64,000 nucleotides of DNA from the NCBI GenBank assembly GCA_048938895.1, contig JBHLLU010000001.1:121937-185936 (forward strand), read 5' to 3'. Within the stretch, counting starts at the first letter, position 1, and each line of letters begins with the position of its first letter. Under the pieces are notes generated by a model, which saw nothing but the letters and a program-made list of their open reading frames with translations, was not told the DNA's origin and did no database searches. Source of the stretch: Promethearchaeota archaeon. Lineage in GTDB: Archaea; Asgardarchaeota; Lokiarchaeia; Sigyniarchaeales; SOKP01. The translations under genes and the position numbers were made by a program. Below are positions 48,506-58,206 of the stretch, piece after piece.

Positions 48506-50512
48506 ATGCAAGTTGGATTTTATTTTGACCAAACAAGGTGTGCGGGTTGTAATGCTTGCAGAGTAGCTTGTAAAGATTGGCATGATCAACCATCAGGACC
48601 AGCATCATGGATGAGAATAAATTATTTTGAGGAGGGTCCGTTTCCAAATGTTTTTGCTAGCTATCTCATTTCAAACTGTTATCAATGTCAAGATCCTGTT
48701 TGTGCTTATATTTGTCCAAATGAAGCAATCAAAAAACGTGAGAAAGATGGGATTGTAATAGTTGATAAGGAAAAATGTAGAGAACAAATTCCCTGTGGTA
48801 TAATTTCAAAAGAGAAAATGGGTGAAGCTTTTTTATATGGTGAATCACAAGCACCTTGTCAAACAGCATGTCCAGTACATCTTCATATCCCCGCGTATAC
48901 TGCCTTGATAGCTAAGGGTAGATTTAGCGAATCTCTAGATCTAATTAGACGAAGGATGCCTTTACCCTCTGTATGTGGTCGGGTTTGTCTTCACCCCTGT
49001 GAAGAGGTTTGTGCTCGTAAGGAAGTTGATCAAGCCATTGCGATTGAGGCACTTAAAGGTTTTGTAGCTGATAATGTAAAAGAAGAACCTCCAAAACGTC
49101 TGGAGCAAACTCAATCGGAAAAAATAGCGATAATTGGATCTGGTCCTGCTGGTTTAGCAGCAGCATATGATCTAATTAGATTGGGTTATGGAGTCACTAT
49201 TTTTGAAGCACTCTCTAGTGCGGGAGGTATGCTAGCGGTGGGTATTCCAGACTATAGGTTACCTAGAGATATTCTTAACAGAGATATTGACTATATTAAA
49301 GCACTAGGAGTTGAAATCAAGACAAATTCCCCAATTGAAATGGATCAAGGTATTAATGATCTTTTCAAACAAGGATATGACGCGGTCTTAATCGCTATTG
49401 GAGCACATAAAGGGAAGAAATTAAATATCCCTGGAGCTGATCTTGATGGCGTTTTAGTAGGAACATCATTTATGCGAGATGTGAATCTTGGTAAAGAAGT
49501 AGAAATTGGTAATAAAGTGATAATTATCGGTGGTGGAAATGTTGCAATGGATTGTGCCCGTACAGCTCGTCGTCTTGGTGCTACAGAAGTAGGAGTATCA
49601 TGTCTCGAATGTTGTGATGATATGCCTGCAGATATTACTGAAGTAGATCAAGCTCGTGAAGAAGGAATCGAGATATATGATTCTCGTACCTTCACCAAAG
49701 TTTTAAGCAACTCAGGGAAAGTAATTGGTGTTGAATGCCTTGAGATTACAGGGTGCTCATTTGATGATGATGGAGAAGCTCATTTTGATGTAGTAAGTGA
49801 TGAAAAACACATTTTAGACGCAGAAACTGTTATTTTTGCGATTGGTCAAGTTCCTGAAACTAGTAGTTCAAATATGATAAAAATAAATAAAATAGGTACA
49901 ATAGCGGCAGATCCTGAAACTCTTATGCTTGAGACCAAAGGTGTGTTCGTTGCTGGTGACTGCTTCAGTGGAGTGGCAAGCATCATCGATGCAATTGCAA
50001 GCGGACAAAAATCAGCATGTAAAATTCATCGTTATTTACAAGGAGATGTATTGAGGGAGAGATCTATACCTGAAATTTCTGCTACGGATATTAAAGTAGA
50101 TATTCCTTCAAACACGGAAAAGAAAGATCGTCATTCAATACCAATGCTCTCAGCATCAGAAAGAGTTTCCAACTTTAAAGCAGTTAAGCTAGGTTTCACA
50201 GAAGAAGCAGCAATTACTGAAGCTGAGAGATGCCTTAACTGTGCAGGACATTTATGCAAGGATGTCTGTCCTTATTCAGCTCCTCAATTCATTGAAGAAG
50301 AAAAAGCTAGGATGCAAAAATGTAATTATTGTGTTGATCGGTTTGATATTGGAAAACAACCTATATGTGTTGAATCGTGTTATGCTCGTGCTTTAGATTC
50401 TGGAACATTAGATGAATTGATGACTAAGTATGGGAATATCAAAGAATCACCAGGTTTTATATATTCAACCAGTGCTAAACCTTCAATCGTGTTTAATCCA
50501 AAAAAGAAATAG
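48506..50512 (+). CDS. DmsB-like ferredoxin with inserted GltD/NfnB/SudA-type FAD-NAD(P)H oxidoreductase
   Basis: DmsB N-half (QVGFYFDQTRC...), APCQTACP...CGRVCLHPCE, GSGPAG, GGGNVAMD, AGD, EAERCLNC, then DmsB C-half (MQKCNYC...KPSIVF); ATG 48506 after GGAGG. Confidence 0.9.
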   Translation: MQVGFYFDQTRCAGCNACRVACKDWHDQPSGPASWMRINYFEEGPFPNVFASYLISNCYQCQDPVCAYICPNEAIKKREKDGIVIVDKEKCREQIPCGIISKEKMGEAFLYGESQAPCQTACPVHLHIPAYTALIAKGRFSESLDLIRRRMPLPSVCGRVCLHPCEEVCARKEVDQAIAIEALKGFVADNVKEEPPKRLEQTQSEKIAIIGSGPAGLAAAYDLIRLGYGVTIFEALSSAGGMLAVGIPDYRLPRDILNRDIDYIKALGVEIKTNSPIEMDQGINDLFKQGYDAVLIAIGAHKGKKLNIPGADLDGVLVGTSFMRDVNLGKEVEIGNKVIIIGGGNVAMDCARTARRLGATEVGVSCLECCDDMPADITEVDQAREEGIEIYDSRTFTKVLSNSGKVIGVECLEITGCSFDDDGEAHFDVVSDEKHILDAETVIFAIGQVPETSSSNMIKINKIGTIAADPETLMLETKGVFVAGDCFSGVASIIDAIASGQKSACKIHRYLQGDVLRERSIPEISATDIKVDIPSNTEKKDRHSIPMLSASERVSNFKAVKLGFTEEAAITEAERCLNCAGHLCKDVCPYSAPQFIEEEKARMQKCNYCVDRFDIGKQPICVESCYARALDSGTLDELMTKYGNIKESPGFIYSTSAKPSIVFNPKKK

Positions 50513-50576
50513 TTAAAACAAATATTTTTATTTTTTTTCTTCTATTTTTTAGATTATCAATAAATCAGAAAACGAG

Positions 50577-51749
50577 ATGAATTTAGAAATGGATGAAAAT
50601 GTTGAAATTCATGGTTTTTGTGATGAAAAATTCGCAAGTGTAAAGGAAGCATTTCTGGAAAATTTTAGAAGGCACGGTGAAGTCGGAGCTAGTTTTGCCG
50701 CGACTATCAATGGTAAGTTTGTTATCGATATTTGGGCGGGATATGCAGATAAAGCAAAATCGAAACCATGGGAAAAAGATTCAATCATAAATGTATTTTC
50801 TACAACAAAAGTTATGACCATAATCTGTGCTCTTATGCTAGTTGATCGTGGACAACTCGATCTTGACGAACCTGTTGCCAAATACTGGCCAGAATTCGCC
50901 CAAAATGGCAAAGAAAATATATTGGTTCGACAAATTTTCAGTCATACTTCAGGATTGGCTGGTTGGGAGGAAAAAATGGCAATGGAAGATTTATATGATT
51001 GGGATAAAGCCGTAGGATTATTGGCTGCTCAAAAACCATGGTGGGAGCCAGGAACCAGTAATGGTTATCATGCAACAACACATGGCTACCTTTTAGGAGA
51101 ATTAGTTAGACGTATTTCTGGAAAGTCATTAGGTACCTTTTTTAGAGAGGAAGTATCTGGTCCACTCAACGCAGATTTTCACATAGGGTTTGAAAAAGAA
51201 CACGATAATAGAGTAGCGGAATTAATTCCCTGGGAAATGCCTCAAAAAGGTGAACCTGGGTATATGGAAATGGATCCCAACTCCTTCTTTAGTCGTGTGT
51301 TTACTAATCCTATAATAGATATTGAAAAAATAAAGACACGAGAATGGCGTTCTGCAGAAATCCCTGCAGCAGGAGGGCATGGTAATGCAAGATCGGTTGC
51401 ACGAATAGCATCCGCAATAGCTTGTGGTGGTGAAGTAGATAACATTAGGCTTATGAACATGGGAACAATTAAGAAAGCTAAAGAAGAGCAAAGTTATACC
51501 ACAGATCTAGTTTTGATGCTACCTATTCGCTTTGGAGTAGGTTTTGGTCTACCAAGTAAGGAACTTCCCCTTCCAAGTCCTAATGCTAATGCTGTATGGT
51601 GGGGTGGAGCAGGAGGGAGTTTAGTTATAATGGATTTAGATAACAAAATTAGCTTGTCCTATGTTATGAACCAAATGAGTATGATGATTGTTGGGGATCC
51701 ACGAGGAATGGGATTAATAAAGGCTTTTTATGAAAATTTGAGTGAATAA
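50577..51749 (+). CDS. serine hydrolase, beta-lactamase/EstB family esterase
   Basis: FSTTK (SxxK), PVAKYWPEF, SHTSGL, WEPG..NGYH, WGGAGG. Confidence 0.9.
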   Translation: MNLEMDENVEIHGFCDEKFASVKEAFLENFRRHGEVGASFAATINGKFVIDIWAGYADKAKSKPWEKDSIINVFSTTKVMTIICALMLVDRGQLDLDEPVAKYWPEFAQNGKENILVRQIFSHTSGLAGWEEKMAMEDLYDWDKAVGLLAAQKPWWEPGTSNGYHATTHGYLLGELVRRISGKSLGTFFREEVSGPLNADFHIGFEKEHDNRVAELIPWEMPQKGEPGYMEMDPNSFFSRVFTNPIIDIEKIKTREWRSAEIPAAGGHGNARSVARIASAIACGGEVDNIRLMNMGTIKKAKEEQSYTTDLVLMLPIRFGVGFGLPSKELPLPSPNANAVWWGGAGGSLVIMDLDNKISLSYVMNQMSMMIVGDPRGMGLIKAFYENLSE

Positions 51750-51867
51750 ATAAAAAATTTTCTTATGTTTTTATTTTTTCTTTATCTTTATGTACATAAT
51801 TGGGTTGCAGGATAAATACAATACAATAGAAAAAAAAATATAGGAAAATTAAAAATTATTAATTTGG

Positions 51868-53193
51868 CTAAAGAGCCTCAACCACAGTAGAAATACCTAC
51901 TCCAGCACCACCACACATTAATTGCACGCCATATCTCTTATTATTATTCTTCAAATAATGGACCATTTCAGTAAAATATATCACCCCACTTGCTCCAATT
52001 GGATGTCCTATAGCAATTGCTCCACCAGTTGGATTAACTCTAGGATCATTGAATTCATAGCCGAAATCTTTAGCAAATGCTAAGCAGGGACTGGCAAAAG
52101 CTTCATTTGGTTCAATAACATCCATATCATCTATTGTTAAGTCAGCACGCTTTAAGGCTTTTCTCATGGCAGGAATAGGTGCTAGTAACATGATAATAGG
52201 TTCTCCCCCTGCTACGGCTGTTGAGAGTATTCGAGCCATTGGCTTTAATCCAAGCTCATCTGCTTTTTCTCGTGTCATTAATAAAGTTGCGGCAGCTCCG
52301 TCAACTATTTGTGAAGAATTTCCCGCTGTAACCTTTCCACCTTTTTCAGCAGGTCTAAATACTGGCTTTAAAGCACTTATCATCTCCCATCCTTTTTCAG
52401 GATTATCCAAATAGACAGGTCGCACAGTTTGATCTTCTGTAATTGTAACCTCTTCTACTTTCTGTTTTCCTGTGTTTTCATCTTTTATTGGATCCATGTT
52501 TTCATCTGTAAATCTCTTCAAATATGTGACTGGTACTACCCGTTTGAAGTATTCCTCCTCAGACCGCATAGCCTTCGTAGCCTTCTGATGACTCCACATT
52601 CCAAATCGATCAAGGTCTTCCCGGGTAAAACTATATTTATCATTAATCATTTCTGATGAAACACCTTGAGGTACCATTCTTCTCATTGGATCTTCTGCGA
52701 TTTTTGGAGAAAATATGACGGGGTACTTTGGAATGGCATTCACAATTTGCATATCAACACCCATCGGGTAATGTGTCATCGATTCGACTCCCGCAGCAAT
52801 ACAAATATCCCCATCCCCAACTTTTATCGCGTTGGAAACTGTATTGACTGCTTGAAGTCCAGCATTACAATATCTGTTGACCGTGGCCCCCGCTATTTCA
52901 TCTGGTAACCCTGCCATCAGTAAAGCAATTCTAGCAACATTGCCTCCTTGTTCTCCTACTTGAGATAAACAGCCGACATGGCAGTCTTCTATTTCTTTTG
53001 GTTCGAAATCGGGGCATCTTTTTTTTGTTCTATCTACTATTTCTCTTAGAACTGTTATTAGCAAATCCTGCGCTGAACACTCTCGAAACGCTCCGCCAAG
53101 TTTTTTCATTTGTGCTCGTCCTGATTTTCCAACAGGAGTTCTAATAGCATCAACTACTACACATTCTTTTAATTCTTTCATTGTTTTTATCAC
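51868..53193 (-). CDS. acetyl-CoA C-acyltransferase (thiolase), intact
   Basis: RTPVG, NRYCNAG, TAGNSSQIVDGA, NEAF, GHPIGASG, MCGGAG; GTGA overlap with the upstream gene (alternative ATG 53181). Confidence 0.92.
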   Translation of the reverse strand: MIKTMKELKECVVVDAIRTPVGKSGRAQMKKLGGAFRECSAQDLLITVLREIVDRTKKRCPDFEPKEIEDCHVGCLSQVGEQGGNVARIALLMAGLPDEIAGATVNRYCNAGLQAVNTVSNAIKVGDGDICIAAGVESMTHYPMGVDMQIVNAIPKYPVIFSPKIAEDPMRRMVPQGVSSEMINDKYSFTREDLDRFGMWSHQKATKAMRSEEEYFKRVVPVTYLKRFTDENMDPIKDENTGKQKVEEVTITEDQTVRPVYLDNPEKGWEMISALKPVFRPAEKGGKVTAGNSSQIVDGAAATLLMTREKADELGLKPMARILSTAVAGGEPIIMLLAPIPAMRKALKRADLTIDDMDVIEPNEAFASPCLAFAKDFGYEFNDPRVNPTGGAIAIGHPIGASGVIYFTEMVHYLKNNNKRYGVQLMCGGAGVGISTVVEAL

Positions 53194-54344
53194 TCTAATA
53201 TTATATTTTCTTCTTTTTCAAGAATATTTGGTAAATTTAAAATAATTTCTTCTGCTTCTTTCATAATACTTTGAATTAGATCATGAACAGTTGGGATGGA
53301 ATGAATCCTGCCGGTAACAACACCTGCATTCATAAGACTTTCATTTTCATCCTCATCAACTAATTTTTTAAACCCTTGATTTTCTAGCTCAAAAATTTTC
53401 TCTGTAGAAGGGCAAGGTTTTCCACGATAAAGATCTGAAGCACCTTTAATAGTTTCATCAACTACTTCAAGAGAGGCACGATTAATTAAGAATCTCATAG
53501 GTCCAAATATCCCTCTTCCTACAATTGTATCAAATTCTGTAGCTTTTACGAGTTGTTCTTTCCACATTTGCTCAAAATCTCCTTCTTGAGTAGCGATAAA
53601 ACGAGTACCCATCTGAATCCCAATTGCTCCCAAAGCTAGAGCTGCTGCTAAAGAAGCGCCATCAGCAAATCCTCCCGCTCCAACTACAGGTAGATTGACT
53701 GTTCTTACTACTTCCGGAAGAAGAACCATTGATGAGGTGTCTCTCCAAGCACAGTGAGCTCCGCCTTCCCTTCCTGAAGCAATGATTATATCCACTCCAG
53801 ACTTCTCAGCTCTTACTGCTCCTCTCACATTGGGGGCTACTTGACACCAGATTATCGAGGGCAATTCCTTCTTCACTTCATAATATGAACCTTTTGCTCC
53901 CTTTGCTTTTGCATCTATCGCCCAAGGAAGGGGATCTCCTGCAGATGTTACCATAACTCTTAACTTTTTCTTTACATCAGGCATTTCATCAAAAATTTCT
54001 TTTACTGCTATCATGAATTGCCTTGAAACCATGTAAAATTCTTTTGCAATTGGTATATTAACTCCAAATACCGCATCAGGAAAGGCCTTAAGATTTTCAT
54101 ACACATATCTTATGGTTTGTTTTAGAACGTTTTTAGGGGAACCACCTGTTCCAAAATCGAGTTTACGGTCTTCCTCAGGTATAAAATTTACATCAGAACC
54201 CGCCATACCAATTGTTGAGATTAAACCCAATCCACCTTCTTTAGCTACTGTGATACAGAGTTTTGTTGTTGCGTAGGGACCCATACCCGCCTGAATTATA
54301 GGATATTTCGTTCCTATTATTTCTTGGAATTTTGTTTTTATCAT
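53190..54344 (-). CDS. FabK / nitronate monooxygenase family FMN flavoprotein
   Basis: YPIIQAGMG, GGLG, GREGGAH, AGGFADG, QMGTRF. Confidence 0.9.
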   Translation of the reverse strand: MIKTKFQEIIGTKYPIIQAGMGPYATTKLCITVAKEGGLGLISTIGMAGSDVNFIPEEDRKLDFGTGGSPKNVLKQTIRYVYENLKAFPDAVFGVNIPIAKEFYMVSRQFMIAVKEIFDEMPDVKKKLRVMVTSAGDPLPWAIDAKAKGAKGSYYEVKKELPSIIWCQVAPNVRGAVRAEKSGVDIIIASGREGGAHCAWRDTSSMVLLPEVVRTVNLPVVGAGGFADGASLAAALALGAIGIQMGTRFIATQEGDFEQMWKEQLVKATEFDTIVGRGIFGPMRFLINRASLEVVDETIKGASDLYRGKPCPSTEKIFELENQGFKKLVDEDENESLMNAGVVTGRIHSIPTVHDLIQSIMKEAEEIILNLPNILEKEENIILE

Positions 54345-54501
54345 TTTAAATCAATTTAATCTTTTCTAAATAATTACCAATCTTTAATGAAATTAAAATA
54401 TTAAATGTTATATTATTTCGAAAAGCTAATTCATCTTAAAGAGGAATAACCTCTTCTTAGAAAATTAATACAAGATAAAAAAAAAGGTAGATAGATATTT
54501 A

Positions 54502-57500
54502 TTACTTCTTCTTTAGTGATTTGCTTATTAAGTAAACTAGACCTAATCCCATCGACATTATCACGAGGAGTACGTTATACCCGGGAATACCAGGAGGACC
54601 TCCCTCTTTCGGTGGAATCGCTACAATGACTACAACGCAATTTGAGAGAGTAAATCCATTTACATTATGAGCAGTAACCACAAAATAATAAGTCCCGTTG
54701 CTGTAGTCTGATAATGGAAAAGTAAGTTCTGTAATTCCCGCTCCTAACAATGTTAGGCTTCCATTTATTTCAGTGATATAACTACTATATTCAAATGCAG
54801 AATATGTATCCGCTCCGGCGGAACTTGTCCATACAAGGTCAAATTTTCCATCATCATCAGGAGTTTCCGCAGTTGTCAATAATATAAAAGGACCAGGAGC
54901 TGCCATAGAAACCTCGACTTCGATACAATTTGATAATCGATCCCCATATTCATTATGGGCTACTACGATGAAATAGTAGGTTCCAGAGCTATAGCCACTT
55001 AATGGTAAGCTTAAGCCACCTATTTCAGTACTTAATGTTGTCAGACTTCCGTTTATTTCTGTTATGTAATGATTATACTCATACACAGTATAATTGTCGG
55101 AATTGATAGAACTTGTCCAAGTCAAATCAAATATTCCATCATTGTCCGGATTTCCCGCATTAGAAGAAAGGGTAAAGGGTTCAGGAGCACCTAAAGTTGA
55201 TATAACTTGAATACAATTTGATAATGTGTTTCCATGTTCATTATGAGCAACAACAATAAAATAATATGTTCCTGCAACGTATCCACTTAAAGGAAGAGAC
55301 AAACTACTTGTTTGATCCGTCAATAATGACAAACTTCCGTTTATTTCTGTTATGTAATGATTATATTCGTACACAGTATAATTATCGGCATTACTAGAAC
55401 TCGTCCAGGTCAAATCAAATAATCCATCATTATCAGGACTTCCTGCTGTAGAAGATAAAGTAAATGGGCCTGGTAATGAAGGTATACCAAATACATTAGT
55501 AGCATTTAGGATTGTGAAGTAATAATACATACCAAAGGCATAACTAAAATTAGCTACAAGATTTACACCTGTATTTTTCTCATAATAAGCAAATCCATAA
55601 GGATTACTCAAGTCAGACAATATCCAGTAATCTAACATTCCAAAGCCCGGAATATAACCAGTAGACTCACCAGTTACTTGGAAAATATGATCTCCTTCAC
55701 CATCAATAGATACAAGATAATAATCTCCTATTTGTGTGCTCGGATATATCCATCTATTCGTATGTGATCCATTTACATCAATGAACAAGCCCTGTACTTC
55801 TGATACTTCTCTTGTGAATGTATCTACTTTTAAACTTGCAGGAATTGGCAAATCAAATTTCAACTCTACATCATAGATACTACCTATATCCTGAAGATAA
55901 TTGAAACTCATATTATATATGAAAGTATCAACAATCCAAGATTGGTTTAGAAAACAACCATCAAAAATCGATATGACACTTCCAGGGATTTGAACATCAA
56001 CATATATCGAGTTGGAAAGAGTTGTTCCATTCTCATTCCATGCCTTAACAATGAAATGATACCTTCCATTAGTAAAACCACTCAAGGGATATGTGAGTGA
56101 AACTAGTCCCTCGGTAAGTAAAACTAAGCTTTCATTATATTCAAGTATGGGCTTGGAATCTAAATATACGGAATAACTTTCTGCGCTGGCAGAAGATGTC
56201 CATATCAAGTCAAAAATACCGTCATTATCAGGGCTTCCAGCATTTGTTGAAAGTGTGAAAGGACCAGGAAGTATTGGCGGTGCAGCAGCCGTACGATTCC
56301 ATAGACAAGTATAAAAAAATAATCTGTCAAGAGCATTCGGTATAAAATTCGATAAATTGATATGATGCGCGTAATAATTCTCAAACACATATATAGGAGC
56401 ATAGCAATATGAGGAAGGATTTTCTGGCCGAGTTATATCAAAAATATAAGATTGAATCCACTTAAACATATTCATTCTTGTAATAGGGTTTATTTCAGCA
56501 ATTAAAGCTTCTAACACTGATTTTAATACAGGATCGTTTAGCTGAAGGTAACTGTATACGGAATCGTTATTTAAAAGTGGGTTTAACATACTGAATGGAT
56601 CGAGATAATCCGCTCCCCATCCTAAATAAGAACATTCGATTTCCCATGGGGAAAATTCAATTGTATCCAAAAATTCACTCCACTCTCTCACTGTTACACT
56701 AATATTAACTCCAATTAAATCCCAACAGCAAGTCAGGAGATCATTTAAATACTGGCTTGTTGTATATCCAATGATTTGATTAACTTCAATAGTTCTAAAT
56801 AAAGCCGTCATCCAGTCCATTTCATTGGTTCCTGGATATGTAGTATCCCATCCTAAACCATAACCCATTGATTGCATATATTCTCTTGCTTTTTTCACAT
56901 TACTCTGAAAATCAGCACCAAAAGGATTATCGTGGACCATTTTTCCTTCGAGTGAACTATTATATCCCGGCATTGAACGAGGGACTATGGGACAGCCAGG
57001 ATTTGCATATCCTGATTGTATCTCATCCCAAATGTAAGTGTAATTTATTGCTAAGCTAAGAGCCCTTCTCCAGGTAGAATTTAATATTTGGTAATCCCAT
57101 GGATTTCCTAGCATGGGATCCCCTGGCCCACAATAAAATTCAAAATAGTAAAAAATTAAATCTTCACCACCATTCAATAGAATGATCTCTGGATCTCCTT
57201 CGATTGTTGGATAATAACTTCTGATTGGATCTTTTATAAAATCTACCTGATCTGCTAATAATGCATTATTTAGAGCAACTGAATCAGAATAAATAGAGAA
57301 AAATAATTCTTCTATATCTGCTTTACCAGCCCAATAATCTTCATAAGCATGATATTTTATTTCTACACCAGGAATAAAATATTCAAATACAAAGGGACCA
57401 GTTCCTACAACTTGTTCTGTCACACTATCTAAATATCTGTAACGTGGTGTCGACGCTGGTGACAAGATATACATCGCTGGAGTTGTTAAAAGATTAAGTA

Positions 57501-58095
57501 CTGGACCATAGGGCTTTAACAAAAAGATAGAGACATTATACATACTATTTACTGTAGCATTGACAAAGATTCGTGTAACTCCATCAGGAAAATAATATAA
57601 GGAGCTTGGAAAGGCTTGATATGATGTTGAATTCATCGGTAAAGTCCCTGTGTAATTACAGAACCACATAAGTCTGTAGATATTCCATGCAACAGAGTTT
57701 GCTGTGAGGAGTGTACCATCATGAAAGAAAACACCTTCTCTTATTTTAAACGAAATTTCGGTATCACTATGCCAGTACCAATCTGTAGCAAGTTTTGGGA
57801 TTATAGGATAATTTGGGTCTGAATAATTGTAGTCTACCAGAGGTTCTGCAGATTGACAAACTACATCATAAGAATATGTATCCCACATATCAAGTGGATC
57901 TATAGAATTTGGTGAATGTGTTGTCCCATATATGAACGGTGCTTTAGGTTGACTTGCTCTTGGAAGAGAATCTGGAAAGAATGGATCCTTCTCATTAGAA
58001 TCTAATTTTATTCCTATTTTATCAATTGAAAAACAAGCGAAAAAAAGAAGAAGTAAAACGAACGAACAATATTTATTTAGTTTGCTAATAGACAT
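54502..58095 (-). CDS. ABC substrate-binding protein (family 5) with four FN3/Ig-like repeats and Loki-CTERM anchor
   Basis: REGVFFHDG, GTGPF, RRALSLAINY, GWGADYLDP; repeats PGPFTLS..AG.PD.DG.FDL.WTSS; C-terminal IPGYN + TM + KKK. Confidence 0.88.
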   Translation of the reverse strand: MSISKLNKYCSFVLLLLFFACFSIDKIGIKLDSNEKDPFFPDSLPRASQPKAPFIYGTTHSPNSIDPLDMWDTYSYDVVCQSAEPLVDYNYSDPNYPIIPKLATDWYWHSDTEISFKIREGVFFHDGTLLTANSVAWNIYRLMWFCNYTGTLPMNSTSYQAFPSSLYYFPDGVTRIFVNATVNSMYNVSIFLLKPYGPVLNLLTTPAMYILSPASTPRYRYLDSVTEQVVGTGPFVFEYFIPGVEIKYHAYEDYWAGKADIEELFFSIYSDSVALNNALLADQVDFIKDPIRSYYPTIEGDPEIILLNGGEDLIFYYFEFYCGPGDPMLGNPWDYQILNSTWRRALSLAINYTYIWDEIQSGYANPGCPIVPRSMPGYNSSLEGKMVHDNPFGADFQSNVKKAREYMQSMGYGLGWDTTYPGTNEMDWMTALFRTIEVNQIIGYTTSQYLNDLLTCCWDLIGVNISVTVREWSEFLDTIEFSPWEIECSYLGWGADYLDPFSMLNPLLNNDSVYSYLQLNDPVLKSVLEALIAEINPITRMNMFKWIQSYIFDITRPENPSSYCYAPIYVFENYYAHHINLSNFIPNALDRLFFYTCLWNRTAAAPPILPGPFTLSTNAGSPDNDGIFDLIWTSSASAESYSVYLDSKPILEYNESLVLLTEGLVSLTYPLSGFTNGRYHFIVKAWNENGTTLSNSIYVDVQIPGSVISIFDGCFLNQSWIVDTFIYNMSFNYLQDIGSIYDVELKFDLPIPASLKVDTFTREVSEVQGLFIDVNGSHTNRWIYPSTQIGDYYLVSIDGEGDHIFQVTGESTGYIPGFGMLDYWILSDLSNPYGFAYYEKNTGVNLVANFSYAFGMYYYFTILNATNVFGIPSLPGPFTLSSTAGSPDNDGLFDLTWTSSSNADNYTVYEYNHYITEINGSLSLLTDQTSSLSLPLSGYVAGTYYFIVVAHNEHGNTLSNCIQVISTLGAPEPFTLSSNAGNPDNDGIFDLTWTSSINSDNYTVYEYNHYITEINGSLTTLSTEIGGLSLPLSGYSSGTYYFIVVAHNEYGDRLSNCIEVEVSMAAPGPFILLTTAETPDDDGKFDLVWTSSAGADTYSAFEYSSYITEINGSLTLLGAGITELTFPLSDYSNGTYYFVVTAHNVNGFTLSNCVVVIVAIPPKEGGPPGIPGYNVLLVIMSMGLGLVYLISKSLKKK
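54620..55475 (-). repeat. three tandem 288-bp (96-aa) FN3-like repeats; a fourth copy at ~55990-56270
   Basis: The ITEINGS codon block recurs at 54758, 55046 and 55334 (exact 288-bp period). Confidence 0.85.
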
Positions 58096-58206
58096 ATTAC
58101 TCTATTTTATTTTAAATTGGATTGTTGATAAATAATTATAACGTTATTACTTAAAAAGGTTCACTTCTGCCAGTTGACGGAAAAGTTAAGTTTTATTTAA
58201 ATTGTG

